NCBI GenBank assembly: GCA_949295085.1
Contig: CASFJS010000005.1
Span: forward strand, 136,991-200,990
DNA: 64,000 nt
Reading direction: 5' to 3'
Origin: an uncultured Pseudomonadota bacterium
GTDB lineage: Bacteria > Pseudomonadota > Alphaproteobacteria > RF32 > CAG-239
The position numbers and the translations under genes were made by a program. The notes below the pieces were generated by a model. The model searched no databases, was not told where the DNA came from, and was given only the letters and a program-made list of their open reading frames with translations. Below are positions 47,238-56,656 of the stretch, piece after piece; the stretch's first letter is position 1, and every line of letters begins with the position of its first letter.

Positions 47238-47872
47238 TTATTATGAAAAGAAGAGAATTTATAAAAACAACTCTGGCGGCAGCCGCTTTGTCGGTTTTGC
47301 CGCGGGTTTCGACAGCAACAAACGGAGGTAAAATGAAAATTTTGGTCTTAACCGGAAGTCCGCGCAAAAACGGTAATTCCAACACATTGGCAGACAATTT
47401 TATCAAAGGCGCTGAAGAAGCCGGACATGAGGTCGTGCGCTTTAATGCGGCTTTTAAGGAAGTCCATCCCTGTATCGGTTGCAACTCCTGCGGTATGAAC
47501 GGGCCTTGTGTTTTTAAAGATGATTTTGAGTTTGTCCGGCAGCATATTGTTGATGCCGATATGGTTGTGTTTGTCACGCCGATGTATTATTTCGGTATTT
47601 CGGCGCAGCTCAAAGCCGTTATTGATCGCTTTTATGCCGTTAACGGACAAATTCACCGTCCAAAAAAAGCCGCTTTATTGATGACGTATGCAAATACGGC
47701 GGCTTTGGAGGCTGAACCGATTAAATCGCATTACAAAACCTTGTTAAATTATCTTGGTTGGACGGATGTCGGGCAGATTATCGCTTCCGGTGTGTGGCCG
47801 GTCGGCGCCGTTAACCATACCGAGTATCCGCGACAGGCTTATGAATTGGGAAAATCATTGAAGTTGGCATAA
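47234..47872 (+). CDS. Flavodoxin family (NADPH-dependent FMN reductase / iron-sulfur flavoprotein-like) with Tat-like signal
   Basis: KRREFIK twin-arginine motif; GSPRKNGNS, CIGCNSC..C, TPMYY. Confidence 0.9.
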   Translation: MIIMKRREFIKTTLAAAALSVLPRVSTATNGGKMKILVLTGSPRKNGNSNTLADNFIKGAEEAGHEVVRFNAAFKEVHPCIGCNSCGMNGPCVFKDDFEFVRQHIVDADMVVFVTPMYYFGISAQLKAVIDRFYAVNGQIHRPKKAALLMTYANTAALEAEPIKSHYKTLLNYLGWTDVGQIIASGVWPVGAVNHTEYPRQAYELGKSLKLA

Positions 47873-47968
47873 ATATGAAGAATTTGTTGGGAGGAACAGG
47901 CATAGATCTCGACAGGACAGATCAAATACGACGGAACAGAGGATGTTGGTGGTTTGCCAAATTTGCGG

Positions 47969-47997
47969 TTGACACGGTAAGAATTTTGCATTAAAAG
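47969..47997 (+). promoter_or_regulatory. Promoter for the tRNA-like element and tRNA-Val
   Basis: TTGACA-N17-TAAAAG. Confidence 0.55.
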
Positions 47998-48011
47998 CTT
48001 GTGTGGTAAGA

Positions 48012-48248
48012 GGGCGTGTAGCTCAGTTGGGCAGTCGCGCTGTGTTCACATCGCAGAGGCTTGAGGCAGAAAACGGCTCCGGCGGAGCGGTTTTCAACGA
48101 GAGGCGAGAGTTTGTTAGTTTATGAGCAAGCTTTTAGCGTCGCGAGATAAACGTTACAAACCGAGTGACCGCAGCGAGTTAGCGATTGGCTTTTGAGAAA
48201 AAGCCAGAGCTTAGGAGCCAGACCACAAGCTTGCTTGTGACCGATGGC
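48012..48248 (+). other. tRNA-Val 5' copy fused to a multi-hairpin structured element
   Basis: 48012-48059 nearly duplicates the tRNA 5' part; four hairpins follow; no acceptor 3' strand or CCA. Confidence 0.8.
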
Positions 48249-48274
48249 AGGGGTATATGATTATAGATTTTTTG

Positions 48275-48351
48275 GGGCGTGTAGCTCAGTTGGTTAGAGC
48301 GCTGTGTTCACATCGCAGAGGTCACAAGTTCGAGCCTTGTCACGCCCACCA
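48275..48351 (+). tRNA. tRNA-Val (anticodon CAC)
   Basis: GGGCGTG/CACGCCC acceptor stem, D-arm AGCTCAGTTGGTTAGAGC, anticodon loop TTCACAT, T-loop GTTCGAG, encoded CCA. Confidence 0.97.
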
Positions 48352-48353
48352 TC

Positions 48354-48384
48354 AAAAAAAACTCGGTTTAGGCCGAGTTTTTTT
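48354..48384. terminator. Bidirectional terminator
   Basis: aaaaaaactcggt / gccgagttttttt. Confidence 0.85.
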
Positions 48385-48405
48385 GGTTTTTTATGACGAT
48401 ACACA

Positions 48406-49431
48406 TTAATCTTCATAGGGTTTGCTTATTTTGCGGTAGATATAAACGGCGGTCGGGACACCGAGCAGCATACCCCACATTCCGATGAGGCTGTGTGCAA
48501 TATAGAGAATAATCAGGGTCATAACCGGATTGATGTGCATGACGGATGATACAATACGCGGATTTAGGACATAGGCCTCAAGCATATGGATAACGATAAT
48601 CATGGCCAAGGCCCAGAGACCGAGCTCAATGCCGCCGGTATTGACCGCCATCAAAACAATCGGCACGGATGAAATCCACATTCCGAGAACCGGAATCAAG
48701 CCGCACATAAAGACAATGGTACAGAGCAAAGCAATGGCTTTGATACCTATAAAGTGTAAGCAGATGGCCGTGAGCGTGGTGTTGATGACCGAAATCATTA
48801 ATTGGGCACGAAAGTTTTCACCGACGACTTTGGCAAACAGCAAGATGCTGTCGGCAGTTTCGCGATAAGATTCGGCCAGACGGGTAAAGCGCAGGCGGCG
48901 CATGCCTTTTGACAGAATCGGCAAATCAAGCATGATTAAAAAACTGAACAAAACAGCTAAGAAAAACCAGCCGAAATAATGTACGCCTTTTTCCAGCATG
49001 CCACGGACGATATTCCAGGCGCTGACAATCATACTTTCGGGAAGCATGGCTTCTTTGATTTGCGGCAATATGGGAGCAACCAGTTCGTTGGTGCCGAGAT
49101 TGGCGTTAAGCCAATTGCGAACGGATTCAAAACTTTGCGGCAGTTGTTCGGTAAAATTGATGGTTTCGGACAAAAGACGCGGCGGAATGTAAACCAAAAA
49201 AGCCGATACGGCCATCAAGAACAATAAATAAAGAAAAACGACCAGCATTCGGCGGTTTAGATGGTATTTGCGCCGCAGGTGGTGCGTGATTCCCGAAACG
49301 ATGAAACACATGATAAACGTGATGAATACCAGTCCGAACATATTGCGGAAAAGATAAAGCAGCCCCATAAAAGCTGCCCAGATAAAATAGACCCGGTTGA
49401 TACGTAAAAATTCGGAAATATTAAACGTCAT
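48406..49431 (-). CDS. AI-2E (PerM-like) family transporter
   Basis: Multiple TM helices, GLIPVLG, LEAYVLNPRI, GMWGMLLGVP. Confidence 0.9.
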   Translation of the reverse strand: MTFNISEFLRINRVYFIWAAFMGLLYLFRNMFGLVFITFIMCFIVSGITHHLRRKYHLNRRMLVVFLYLLFLMAVSAFLVYIPPRLLSETINFTEQLPQSFESVRNWLNANLGTNELVAPILPQIKEAMLPESMIVSAWNIVRGMLEKGVHYFGWFFLAVLFSFLIMLDLPILSKGMRRLRFTRLAESYRETADSILLFAKVVGENFRAQLMISVINTTLTAICLHFIGIKAIALLCTIVFMCGLIPVLGMWISSVPIVLMAVNTGGIELGLWALAMIIVIHMLEAYVLNPRIVSSVMHINPVMTLIILYIAHSLIGMWGMLLGVPTAVYIYRKISKPYED

Positions 49432-49612
49432 GAGGACTCCTTTGCCGTTGCGGCGGATAAAAATAAAATTTGATATGTGCAGTATAAAAGGCGTTGGTTA
49501 ATATTTATTCAAAAAGCATGAAAGAATTTGAGGTTCTTGAAAAAGCCGTCGGGGTGTGTTATTGAACATAGGACGGGGTTGATGTTAAAAAGATGTAGGC
49601 AGGCTTAAACAA

Positions 49613-52600
49613 ATGGCGGAAAAAGTTTTGTATCTTGGTATTGACGTTGGTTCGACCACGGTTAAAGCGGTGGTGCTGGACAAGAATGAAAAGGTTTTGT
49701 TTGCCACTTATCAGCGCCATATGTCCGAGGTGCGGCAAAAGAGTGTTGAGATTGTCAAAGAAATCGCGCAACAATTTGCCGGTTGCTGTTTTAAGCTTTG
49801 TATGACCGGTTCCGGTGCATTGTCTTTGTGTACAAAGTTGAATGTTTCTTTTGTGCAGGAAGTTATTGCTTCAAGCCTCAGTATCAAGAAGATGATTCCC
49901 GATGCCGATGTGATTATCGAGCTTGGCGGCGAAGATGCCAAGCTGACGTTCTTGACCAGCGGTACCGATCTCAGGATGAACGAAACCTGCGCCGGCGGTA
50001 CGGGCGCTTTTATCGACCAGATGGCGTCGTTTTTGAACCTGGATATCAACGAGTTGGACAAACTGGCGTTGAAATACCGTCATATTTATCCCATTGCGTC
50101 GCGTTGCGGCGTGTTTGCCAAAACCGATATTGTGCCGCTGATTAACGAGGGGTGCGCCAAGAGCGATATTGCGATGTCTGTTATGCAGGCGGTGGTCAAC
50201 CAGTTTATCGGCGGGTTGGCGCGCGGACGCGAGATCAGCGGCAAGGTGGTTTTTTTGGGCGGGCCGTTGGCTTTCTTAAAATCATTGCGCCAATGTTTCA
50301 AGGATACGCTCAAACTTGACGACGAACATGCCGTTTTGCCGGAAAAAGCCGAATTGTTTGTTGCCGTTGGTGCGGCGCTTAATGCCAAAGCCGGAGCGGA
50401 AGAAGCGGTTGATTTGTCCGGGTTGGTGAGGGCGTTGGAAAATACGGATGAGGAAAACGGGATTCAAAAACTGCCGCCGTTGTTTAGAAACAAACAGGAA
50501 AAGGAAGAATTTGACGCCAGACACCGGTCGGCCGATGTTGAGAGATTTCCGCTTGGGGCATACGAGGGCGATGCCTGGTTTGGTATTGACAGCGGCTCAA
50601 CAACGATTAAAGCGGTGTTGATTGATGACAAAAACCGGTTGTTGTATTCTTATTATGGTTCCAACAACGGCGATCCGTTTCATCTGGCGCTTAAAATCCT
50701 GACCGAGATTTACAGCACAGCCAAACCGGGGCTCAAAATTAAGGCCGCGGCAGCCACGGGTTACGGCAGCGCATTGCTGAAAGCCGGTTTGCGGCTGGAT
50801 ATTGACGAAGTGGAGACGGTGGCGCATTGCCGCGCGGCGACGTTTTTTGCGCCCAAAGCCAGTTTTGTGCTGGATATCGGCGGGCAAGACATTAAATGTA
50901 TGAGCCTTAAAGACGGCGTGATTGAAAAAATAGGTCTTAACGAGGCGTGTTCGTCGGGCTGCGGGTCGTTTATCGAAAATTTTGCCCGCTCGCTTAATAT
51001 GGATATGCCGGCGTTTGTTGCGGCGGCGCTCAAGGCAAAACATCCGGTCGATCTGGGCACGCGCTGTACGGTGTTTATGAACTCAAAGGTCAAACAGGCG
51101 CAAAAAGAGGGTGTTTCGGTCGGTGATATTGCGGCGGGATTGTCGTATTCGGTAATTAAAAATGCCTGTTATAAGGTGATCAAAATCAGCGATATGGCGG
51201 AGCTTGGCGAGTGTATTGTGGCACAAGGCGGCTCGTTTTTGAACGATGCGTTGCTGAGGGCTTTGGAAATACAGGTCGGACGGCCGGTTATTCGCCCGGG
51301 ATTGGCCGGATTGATGGGCGCTTTTGGCGCGGCGCTGCTGGCCAAACAACGCGGACCTGAAGACGGCGCGGCAACCAAATTGATAACCTTGGATGAAATC
51401 GGCAAATTGCAGATTAAAACCACCAACGCGCGTTGTCAGGGATGTGCCAATCGTTGTATGTTGACGATTACCGATTTCGGCAACAAAAAGAAATTTATCT
51501 CCGGCAATAAATGCGAAAAAGGCGCCGGTCTGACTAAGAGCGACAAAATCAACCTGTGCGCTTATAAATACAAAAGGTTGTTTGAACATTATCAACCGTT
51601 ATCCAAAGAAAAAGCCCCGCGCGGCACGGTGGGAATCCCGCGGGCGCTCAATATGTATGAAAATTATCCGCTGTGGTTTACGTTGCTGACACACTTGGGT
51701 TTCAGGGTGGAATTGTCGGCGCCGTCGTCAAAGAAAATGTTTTTTGACGGCTATGGCTCCATCCCATCACAAACGGTGTGTTATCCGGCCAAGATGGCGC
51801 ACGGGCATATCATGGACTTGATTGCCAGAAACGTTGATTATATCTTTTTTCCGTGTATTCCGCGGGAGCAAAAAGAGTTTGCCTCGCAGGCGGATTGCTA
51901 CAATTGTCCGGTAGTGACCGGATATCCGGAGGTTTTGGCTAAGAATATTTCCGAGCTCGGCGAAAAGGGCATACCTTTTTTTGCGCCGTTTTTGCCGCTT
52001 GATGAAAAGATTTTGGCAAGGCGTTTAAAGGCGGTGCCGTTATTTGCGGGGTTTTCGGCGTTGCAATTGCGCATGGCGGTTAAACGAGCGTTTGTTGAGC
52101 TCAGGCGGTTTAAGAAAGATATTCGCCGCGCCGGAGAAGAAGCAGTCGAAAAACTGCGGCAGAACGGCGAATACGGTATTGTGCTGGCCGGACATCCGTA
52201 TCATATTGATCCGGCGATTAATCACGGCATACCGGAGCTGATTAATTCTTGCGGGTTGTCGGTTTTGACCGAAGATTCGGTGGCGCATCTCAAGCCTAAT
52301 CCGGAGGCTTTGCGGGTGCGCGACCAATGGACTTATCACGCGAGGCTTTATCGTGCCGGTGCTGTTACTGCCGAGAACGCCAATCTGGCGGTGTTGCAGC
52401 TGGTGTCTTTCGGCTGCGGGGTGGATGCGATTACCGCAGACCAGCTGGAGGAAATCGTAACTTCACAAGAGCGGCTCTATGCGCAGATTAAAATCGACGA
52501 GGGCGACAACCTCGGGCCGGCCAAAATCCGTATCCGCTCGCTGTTGGCGGCGCTTAAGGATATGCAGCAGCGGCAGCAGGAAGCCGCGCGGCAGCGGCCG

Positions 52601-53842
52601 CAGCAACCGCCGGTGTTTACGTCGGAGATGAAAAAAACGCACACGATTTTGATTCCGCAATTGTCGCCGGTGCATTTTCAGTTTTTGGAGGCGGTGTTTG
52701 CCAGCGAGGGCTATAAGGTGGCGCAGCTGCCAAAGGTTAGTAAGAGCGCGATTGAACTTGGACTAAAGCATGTTAACAACGATGCGTGTTTTCCGGCGAT
52801 TGTGGTTATCGGCCAGTTGTTGCAGGCTATCCGCGACGGCGATTATGACACGAATAAAATCGTGCTGTTGATTTCGCAGACCAGCGGCGGTTGTCGGGCA
52901 TCGAACTATGCCGGATTGTTGCGGCGGGCACTGGCGCAATGCAATCTCGGCCATGTTCCGGTGATTACGCTTAATGTCAGCGGTCGGGCGATGAATACCG
53001 GTTTTGCGCCGGGGCGCAAGGTTTTGTTGCGCTCGATTATGGCCGGTTGCTACGGCGATGCGCTGATGCGGATGATTAATCGGGTGACGCCTTATGAGAA
53101 AAAGCCGGGAAGCACGCTTAAATTGACGGCCAAATGGGTTAAAATCATTAAAAAGAACTTGAAAGACGGCGATATTATCAAATTTAATGTTAATATGTTT
53201 CGAATGATAAGGGCATTTGACAAGCTGCCGTTAAAGGATATGCCGCGCAAGCCGCGAGTCGGGCTGGTGGGCGAGATCTTGCTCAAATATCATCCGGATG
53301 CCAATAATCAGGCGGCGCGGATTATCGAGCAAGAAGGCGGCGAGGCGGTGGTGCCGGATTTGATGGACTTTATGCTCTATGGCTTTTATGACCATGTGTT
53401 TAACTATAAATATTTGCAAGGGTCGCGAAAAGCCTGTGCGGTGAGTCTTCTGAGTATTGCGTTTTTGGAGTTTTGCAGGGGGGCGATGCGACTGGGGTTT
53501 GCGTTGTCCAAGAGGTTTGAACCGCCGGTGTTTTTCAAAAATCTGCGCAAAAAAATCCGCGGGCTGATTTCGCTCGGACATCAGACCGGCGAGGGCTGGT
53601 TGTTGACGGCCGAGATTATTGAACTGTTGGAGGCCGGTGTCAACAATGTGTTGTGTATGCAGCCGTTTGGTTGTTTGCCGAATCATATTACCGGTAAGGG
53701 CTTTATCAAAGAGATTAAAAAGAAATTCCCCAATGCCAATATTATGGCTGTGGACTATGATCCGGGCGCCAGCGAGACCAATCAGGTCAACCGGATTAAG
53801 CTGATGATGTCGATATCCAAAGAACAGACGAAGGATAAATAA
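49613..53842 (+). CDS. 2-hydroxyacyl-CoA dehydratase activator fusion protein (two BcrAD/HgdC ATPase domains plus C-terminal dehydratase-related domains)
   Basis: GIDVGSTTVK and GIDSGSTTIK, MNETCAGGTG, SRCGVF, NEACSSGCGS, TRCTVF, SFGCGVDA, QPFGCLPNH. Confidence 0.92.
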   Translation: MAEKVLYLGIDVGSTTVKAVVLDKNEKVLFATYQRHMSEVRQKSVEIVKEIAQQFAGCCFKLCMTGSGALSLCTKLNVSFVQEVIASSLSIKKMIPDADVIIELGGEDAKLTFLTSGTDLRMNETCAGGTGAFIDQMASFLNLDINELDKLALKYRHIYPIASRCGVFAKTDIVPLINEGCAKSDIAMSVMQAVVNQFIGGLARGREISGKVVFLGGPLAFLKSLRQCFKDTLKLDDEHAVLPEKAELFVAVGAALNAKAGAEEAVDLSGLVRALENTDEENGIQKLPPLFRNKQEKEEFDARHRSADVERFPLGAYEGDAWFGIDSGSTTIKAVLIDDKNRLLYSYYGSNNGDPFHLALKILTEIYSTAKPGLKIKAAAATGYGSALLKAGLRLDIDEVETVAHCRAATFFAPKASFVLDIGGQDIKCMSLKDGVIEKIGLNEACSSGCGSFIENFARSLNMDMPAFVAAALKAKHPVDLGTRCTVFMNSKVKQAQKEGVSVGDIAAGLSYSVIKNACYKVIKISDMAELGECIVAQGGSFLNDALLRALEIQVGRPVIRPGLAGLMGAFGAALLAKQRGPEDGAATKLITLDEIGKLQIKTTNARCQGCANRCMLTITDFGNKKKFISGNKCEKGAGLTKSDKINLCAYKYKRLFEHYQPLSKEKAPRGTVGIPRALNMYENYPLWFTLLTHLGFRVELSAPSSKKMFFDGYGSIPSQTVCYPAKMAHGHIMDLIARNVDYIFFPCIPREQKEFASQADCYNCPVVTGYPEVLAKNISELGEKGIPFFAPFLPLDEKILARRLKAVPLFAGFSALQLRMAVKRAFVELRRFKKDIRRAGEEAVEKLRQNGEYGIVLAGHPYHIDPAINHGIPELINSCGLSVLTEDSVAHLKPNPEALRVRDQWTYHARLYRAGAVTAENANLAVLQLVSFGCGVDAITADQLEEIVTSQERLYAQIKIDEGDNLGPAKIRIRSLLAALKDMQQRQQEAARQRPQQPPVFTSEMKKTHTILIPQLSPVHFQFLEAVFASEGYKVAQLPKVSKSAIELGLKHVNNDACFPAIVVIGQLLQAIRDGDYDTNKIVLLISQTSGGCRASNYAGLLRRALAQCNLGHVPVITLNVSGRAMNTGFAPGRKVLLRSIMAGCYGDALMRMINRVTPYEKKPGSTLKLTAKWVKIIKKNLKDGDIIKFNVNMFRMIRAFDKLPLKDMPRKPRVGLVGEILLKYHPDANNQAARIIEQEGGEAVVPDLMDFMLYGFYDHVFNYKYLQGSRKACAVSLLSIAFLEFCRGAMRLGFALSKRFEPPVFFKNLRKKIRGLISLGHQTGEGWLLTAEIIELLEAGVNNVLCMQPFGCLPNHITGKGFIKEIKKKFPNANIMAVDYDPGASETNQVNRIKLMMSISKEQTKDK

Positions 53843-53876
53843 AAAAAGAAAACCTCGCAATGAGGTTTTCTTTTTT
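53842..53876. terminator. Bidirectional terminator
   Basis: aaaaaagaaaacctc / gaggttttctttttt. Confidence 0.88.
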
Positions 53877-53887
53877 GCGCCGCCAAG

Positions 53888-54640
53888 TCAGTCGAACAGA
53901 CTTTTAGGCGGTTGGAATGTCGCGGTGGCGACATCGGCGGGTACTCCCTGATGGTCGGGGTAGTACTTCTTGCCGCAGCCGCGCCAGTAGCCGAGAACGA
54001 GGTAGCTTGACAGCCGCCCGTCGTTGCCCCACCAGACGATGTAGTTGCAGCCGTAGCAGTCATCTGGATCGGTGATGTTGATCATCGGGGTTGTCAAGAA
54101 CTCCAGACCGCCCCAGAGAACCCCGAACACATTGGTGTCCGAGTAAACCCATTGGGAAACAACGTCCGCTTTGGGTTCATATAAATCGTAGTCAAATTCA
54201 TGACGGACGAACTTATATTTTTCCTCCAGTTTGGTGCGCGGAATGGCATAAAATTCGTTTTTGATGACATTCTGCGCGGCGACGCTGTTATCATCGAGGG
54301 TTACCGAATGTTCTTCGTAGCCGTCGATGACGGTTTTTATGGCATCTCCGGGCTTGATATTCGGCCACACACGGATGGGTTCCTGCTTGCGGGCGAAATA
54401 GACGCCGTGCTTCTTGGCCATCTGTTTGCCGTGTTCATAAAAATCGACAAACCGATATTCAACGCCGATTTCGTTGAAAAGCCTTTTGGGCATGGCAACG
54501 ATATTGCCGTTGATGACGGCGGTTGCTTTTCCGTTGATAACGGCGATGTAATTGCCGTTAAAGTTTTCAGCGTCTTTGGCGCTGATTTTGGTAAACACGG
54601 TTCCGTCTACGCTGCGGAAAATCTTGTTAAAATTTTGCAT
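53888..54640 (-). CDS. Hypothetical protein, possibly PGDYG-like
   Basis: 250-aa ORF; ARKQ..KPGDAIKT..EFYAI...LEEKY..YEPK..WG pattern. Confidence 0.7.
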   Translation of the reverse strand: MQNFNKIFRSVDGTVFTKISAKDAENFNGNYIAVINGKATAVINGNIVAMPKRLFNEIGVEYRFVDFYEHGKQMAKKHGVYFARKQEPIRVWPNIKPGDAIKTVIDGYEEHSVTLDDNSVAAQNVIKNEFYAIPRTKLEEKYKFVRHEFDYDLYEPKADVVSQWVYSDTNVFGVLWGGLEFLTTPMINITDPDDCYGCNYIVWWGNDGRLSSYLVLGYWRGCGKKYYPDHQGVPADVATATFQPPKSLFD

Positions 54641-54829
54641 ATATTAATAATTTTGGGCGTTTGTCCCTGATTGCCGATTTGCCCTGAATGCGGCGGGATA
54701 ATAATTTTTTGTCGTTGGATAATATACCATAATCAGAGGATACAAACAACAGTAAAATTGAGCTGTGTTTTTGTGGTTGTGTTTCGACAGCGGAGCGGTT
54801 ATAGTAACGGAAGATGAGGAATAAAAAAT

Positions 54830-55525
54830 ATGTTGCCGCAGGATGAAATATTCAAGAATAAGGCGCCGCTTAAAGAACGGTTGGAAAAGTTTGGCTTTGC
54901 GTCAAGGGATGGCGGAGTTTATGTCTATGCCGCGCCGGTGCTTGAGGGGCAGTTTCGGCTAGAGGTAACGGTTGACGGACAGGGCGATGTTGCCAGTTTG
55001 GTGTTTGATACGGACACCGGCGATGAATATGTGCTCTACCGTGCGGAAAGCGCCGCAGGGGCGTTTGTCGGCAAGGTGCGGACGGAATGCTGTGCGGTTT
55101 TGCAAAAAATAGCGGCTGAATGCTTTGTCAGCAAAGTTTTTAAGACACCGGGAGCGGCGGCGATTATCCGCCATGCCAGAGAGAAATACGGCGATGAATT
55201 GGAATTTTTGTGGACAAACTTTCCGCGTGACGCTATTTTGCGCCGGCAGGACAATCGCAAATGGTATGCGGCGGTTTTGACTGCGGCGCAAAATAGAATC
55301 GGGCTTGCCGGAGATAAAATTATTGAGATTGTCGATGTGCGGATGGCGCCGGGAGATGTGGCCGTCAGGGTTGACGGGCAAAGAATTTTTCCCGGCTATC
55401 ACATGAATAAAAAGCATTGGGTAACACTCTTGTTGGATGGTTCAATGCCGGAAGAAGAATTGCTGGCGCTGGTTGACGAAAGTTATGCGCTGGCCGCTAG
55501 GCCAAACAAAAAAAACACCAGCTAA
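54830..55525 (+). CDS. MmcQ/YjbR-family DNA-binding protein
   Basis: EFLW, NRKWYA, PGYHMNKKHWVT, LVDESY. Confidence 0.92.
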   Translation: MLPQDEIFKNKAPLKERLEKFGFASRDGGVYVYAAPVLEGQFRLEVTVDGQGDVASLVFDTDTGDEYVLYRAESAAGAFVGKVRTECCAVLQKIAAECFVSKVFKTPGAAAIIRHAREKYGDELEFLWTNFPRDAILRRQDNRKWYAAVLTAAQNRIGLAGDKIIEIVDVRMAPGDVAVRVDGQRIFPGYHMNKKHWVTLLLDGSMPEEELLALVDESYALAARPNKKNTS

Positions 55526-55558
55526 GCAGCTGATGTTTTTTTGGGGTTAGGGACGGGG

Positions 55559-56590
55559 CTATTCGTCTCCGGCCGAGGGCGTTTCGCCGCCGATCATCTC
55601 CGAGCTTAAGTGTCCGGCGTCGGCTTTGATTTTGTTCTCGATTTCCAGCGCGACATCCGGATGTTCTTTCAAGAAAGTTTTGGCGTTTTCACGTCCCTGA
55701 CCGATCTTATCACCGTTATAGGCAAACCAGGCGCCGGATTTTTCAATCACATTGGCTTTGACACCGAGGTCAATCAGCTCGCCGGTTTTGGAAATGCCTT
55801 CGCCATACATAATGTCAAAATCAACAACCTTGAACGGAGGCGCAACCTTGTTTTTGACGACTTTGACGCGGGTTTGCGAACCGATGATGTCTTCTTTGTC
55901 TTTAATTTTGCCGATACTGCGGATATCCAGACGCACCGAGGCATAAAACTTCAGGGCATTGCCGCCGGTGGTGGTTTCGGGGTTGCCGAACATGACGCCG
56001 ATTTTCATGCGAATCTGGTTGATGAAAATAACCAGAGTATTGGAACGGGCAATGGTGGAGGTCAGCTTGCGCAAGGCCTGGCTCATCAAACGAGCCTGCA
56101 AACCCATGTGGGAATCGCCCATTTCGCCCTCAAGCTCGGCCTTGGGCACGAGAGCGGCAACCGAATCGACCACCAAAACATCAATGGCGCCGGAGCGAAC
56201 CAAAGTGTCGGCAATCTCTAAGGCTTGCTCGCCGGCATCGGGTTGCGAAATCAGCAGGTTTTCCAAATCAACGCCGATTTTTTTGGCATAAGACGGGTCC
56301 AGCGCGTGCTCGGCATCAATAAAGGCACAGGTGCCGCCTGTCTTTTGCGCCTGAGCAACAACACTTAGGGCCAGCGTGGTTTTGCCGGAGCTTTCCGGTC
56401 CGTAAATCTCGACAATGCGGCCACGCGGCAGGCCGCCGATGCCCAAAGCCATATCCAACCCGAGCGAGCCGGTTGAGATGCCCTCAATATCCACATGGGC
56501 ATTGTCTTGTCCCATTCTCATAATCGAGCCTTTGCCGAAAGCCTTTTCAATCTGGCTCAGGGCGGCGTCCAGTGCTTTTTCTTTATCCAT
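55559..56590 (-). CDS. recA: Recombinase A
   Basis: [33 protein letters not shown]. Confidence 0.99.
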   Translation of the reverse strand: MDKEKALDAALSQIEKAFGKGSIMRMGQDNAHVDIEGISTGSLGLDMALGIGGLPRGRIVEIYGPESSGKTTLALSVVAQAQKTGGTCAFIDAEHALDPSYAKKIGVDLENLLISQPDAGEQALEIADTLVRSGAIDVLVVDSVAALVPKAELEGEMGDSHMGLQARLMSQALRKLTSTIARSNTLVIFINQIRMKIGVMFGNPETTTGGNALKFYASVRLDIRSIGKIKDKEDIIGSQTRVKVVKNKVAPPFKVVDFDIMYGEGISKTGELIDLGVKANVIEKSGAWFAYNGDKIGQGRENAKTFLKEHPDVALEIENKIKADAGHLSSEMIGGETPSAGDE

Positions 56591-56627
56591 AAAGTTTACT
56601 CCGTAGTTTTAGAATCGTTATATCGTT

Positions 56628-56656
56628 AATATGTTCTAATTATGTTCTTTTGGCAA
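56628..56656 (-). promoter_or_regulatory. recA promoter with alphaproteobacterial LexA box
   Basis: TTGCCA-N17-CATATT enclosing GAAC-N7-GAAC (56633-56647). Confidence 0.85.

Noticed and set aside
47875-47994. 39-aa ORF MKNLLGGTGID..., faintly like an aldo-keto reductase N-terminus; also a vague tmRNA-like 5' motif
   Set aside because: Similarity limited to a few residues or bases, no SD, overlaps the tRNA promoter
48012-48059. Second functional tRNA-Val, or tRNA with a group I intron
   Set aside because: No acceptor 3' strand, TTC loop or CCA; interruption is after the anticodon arm and no group I core was recognised
44920-48351. Integrative island ending at tRNA-Val
   Set aside because: No integrase and no distal att repeat seen; the duplication is only about 260 bp from the tRNA
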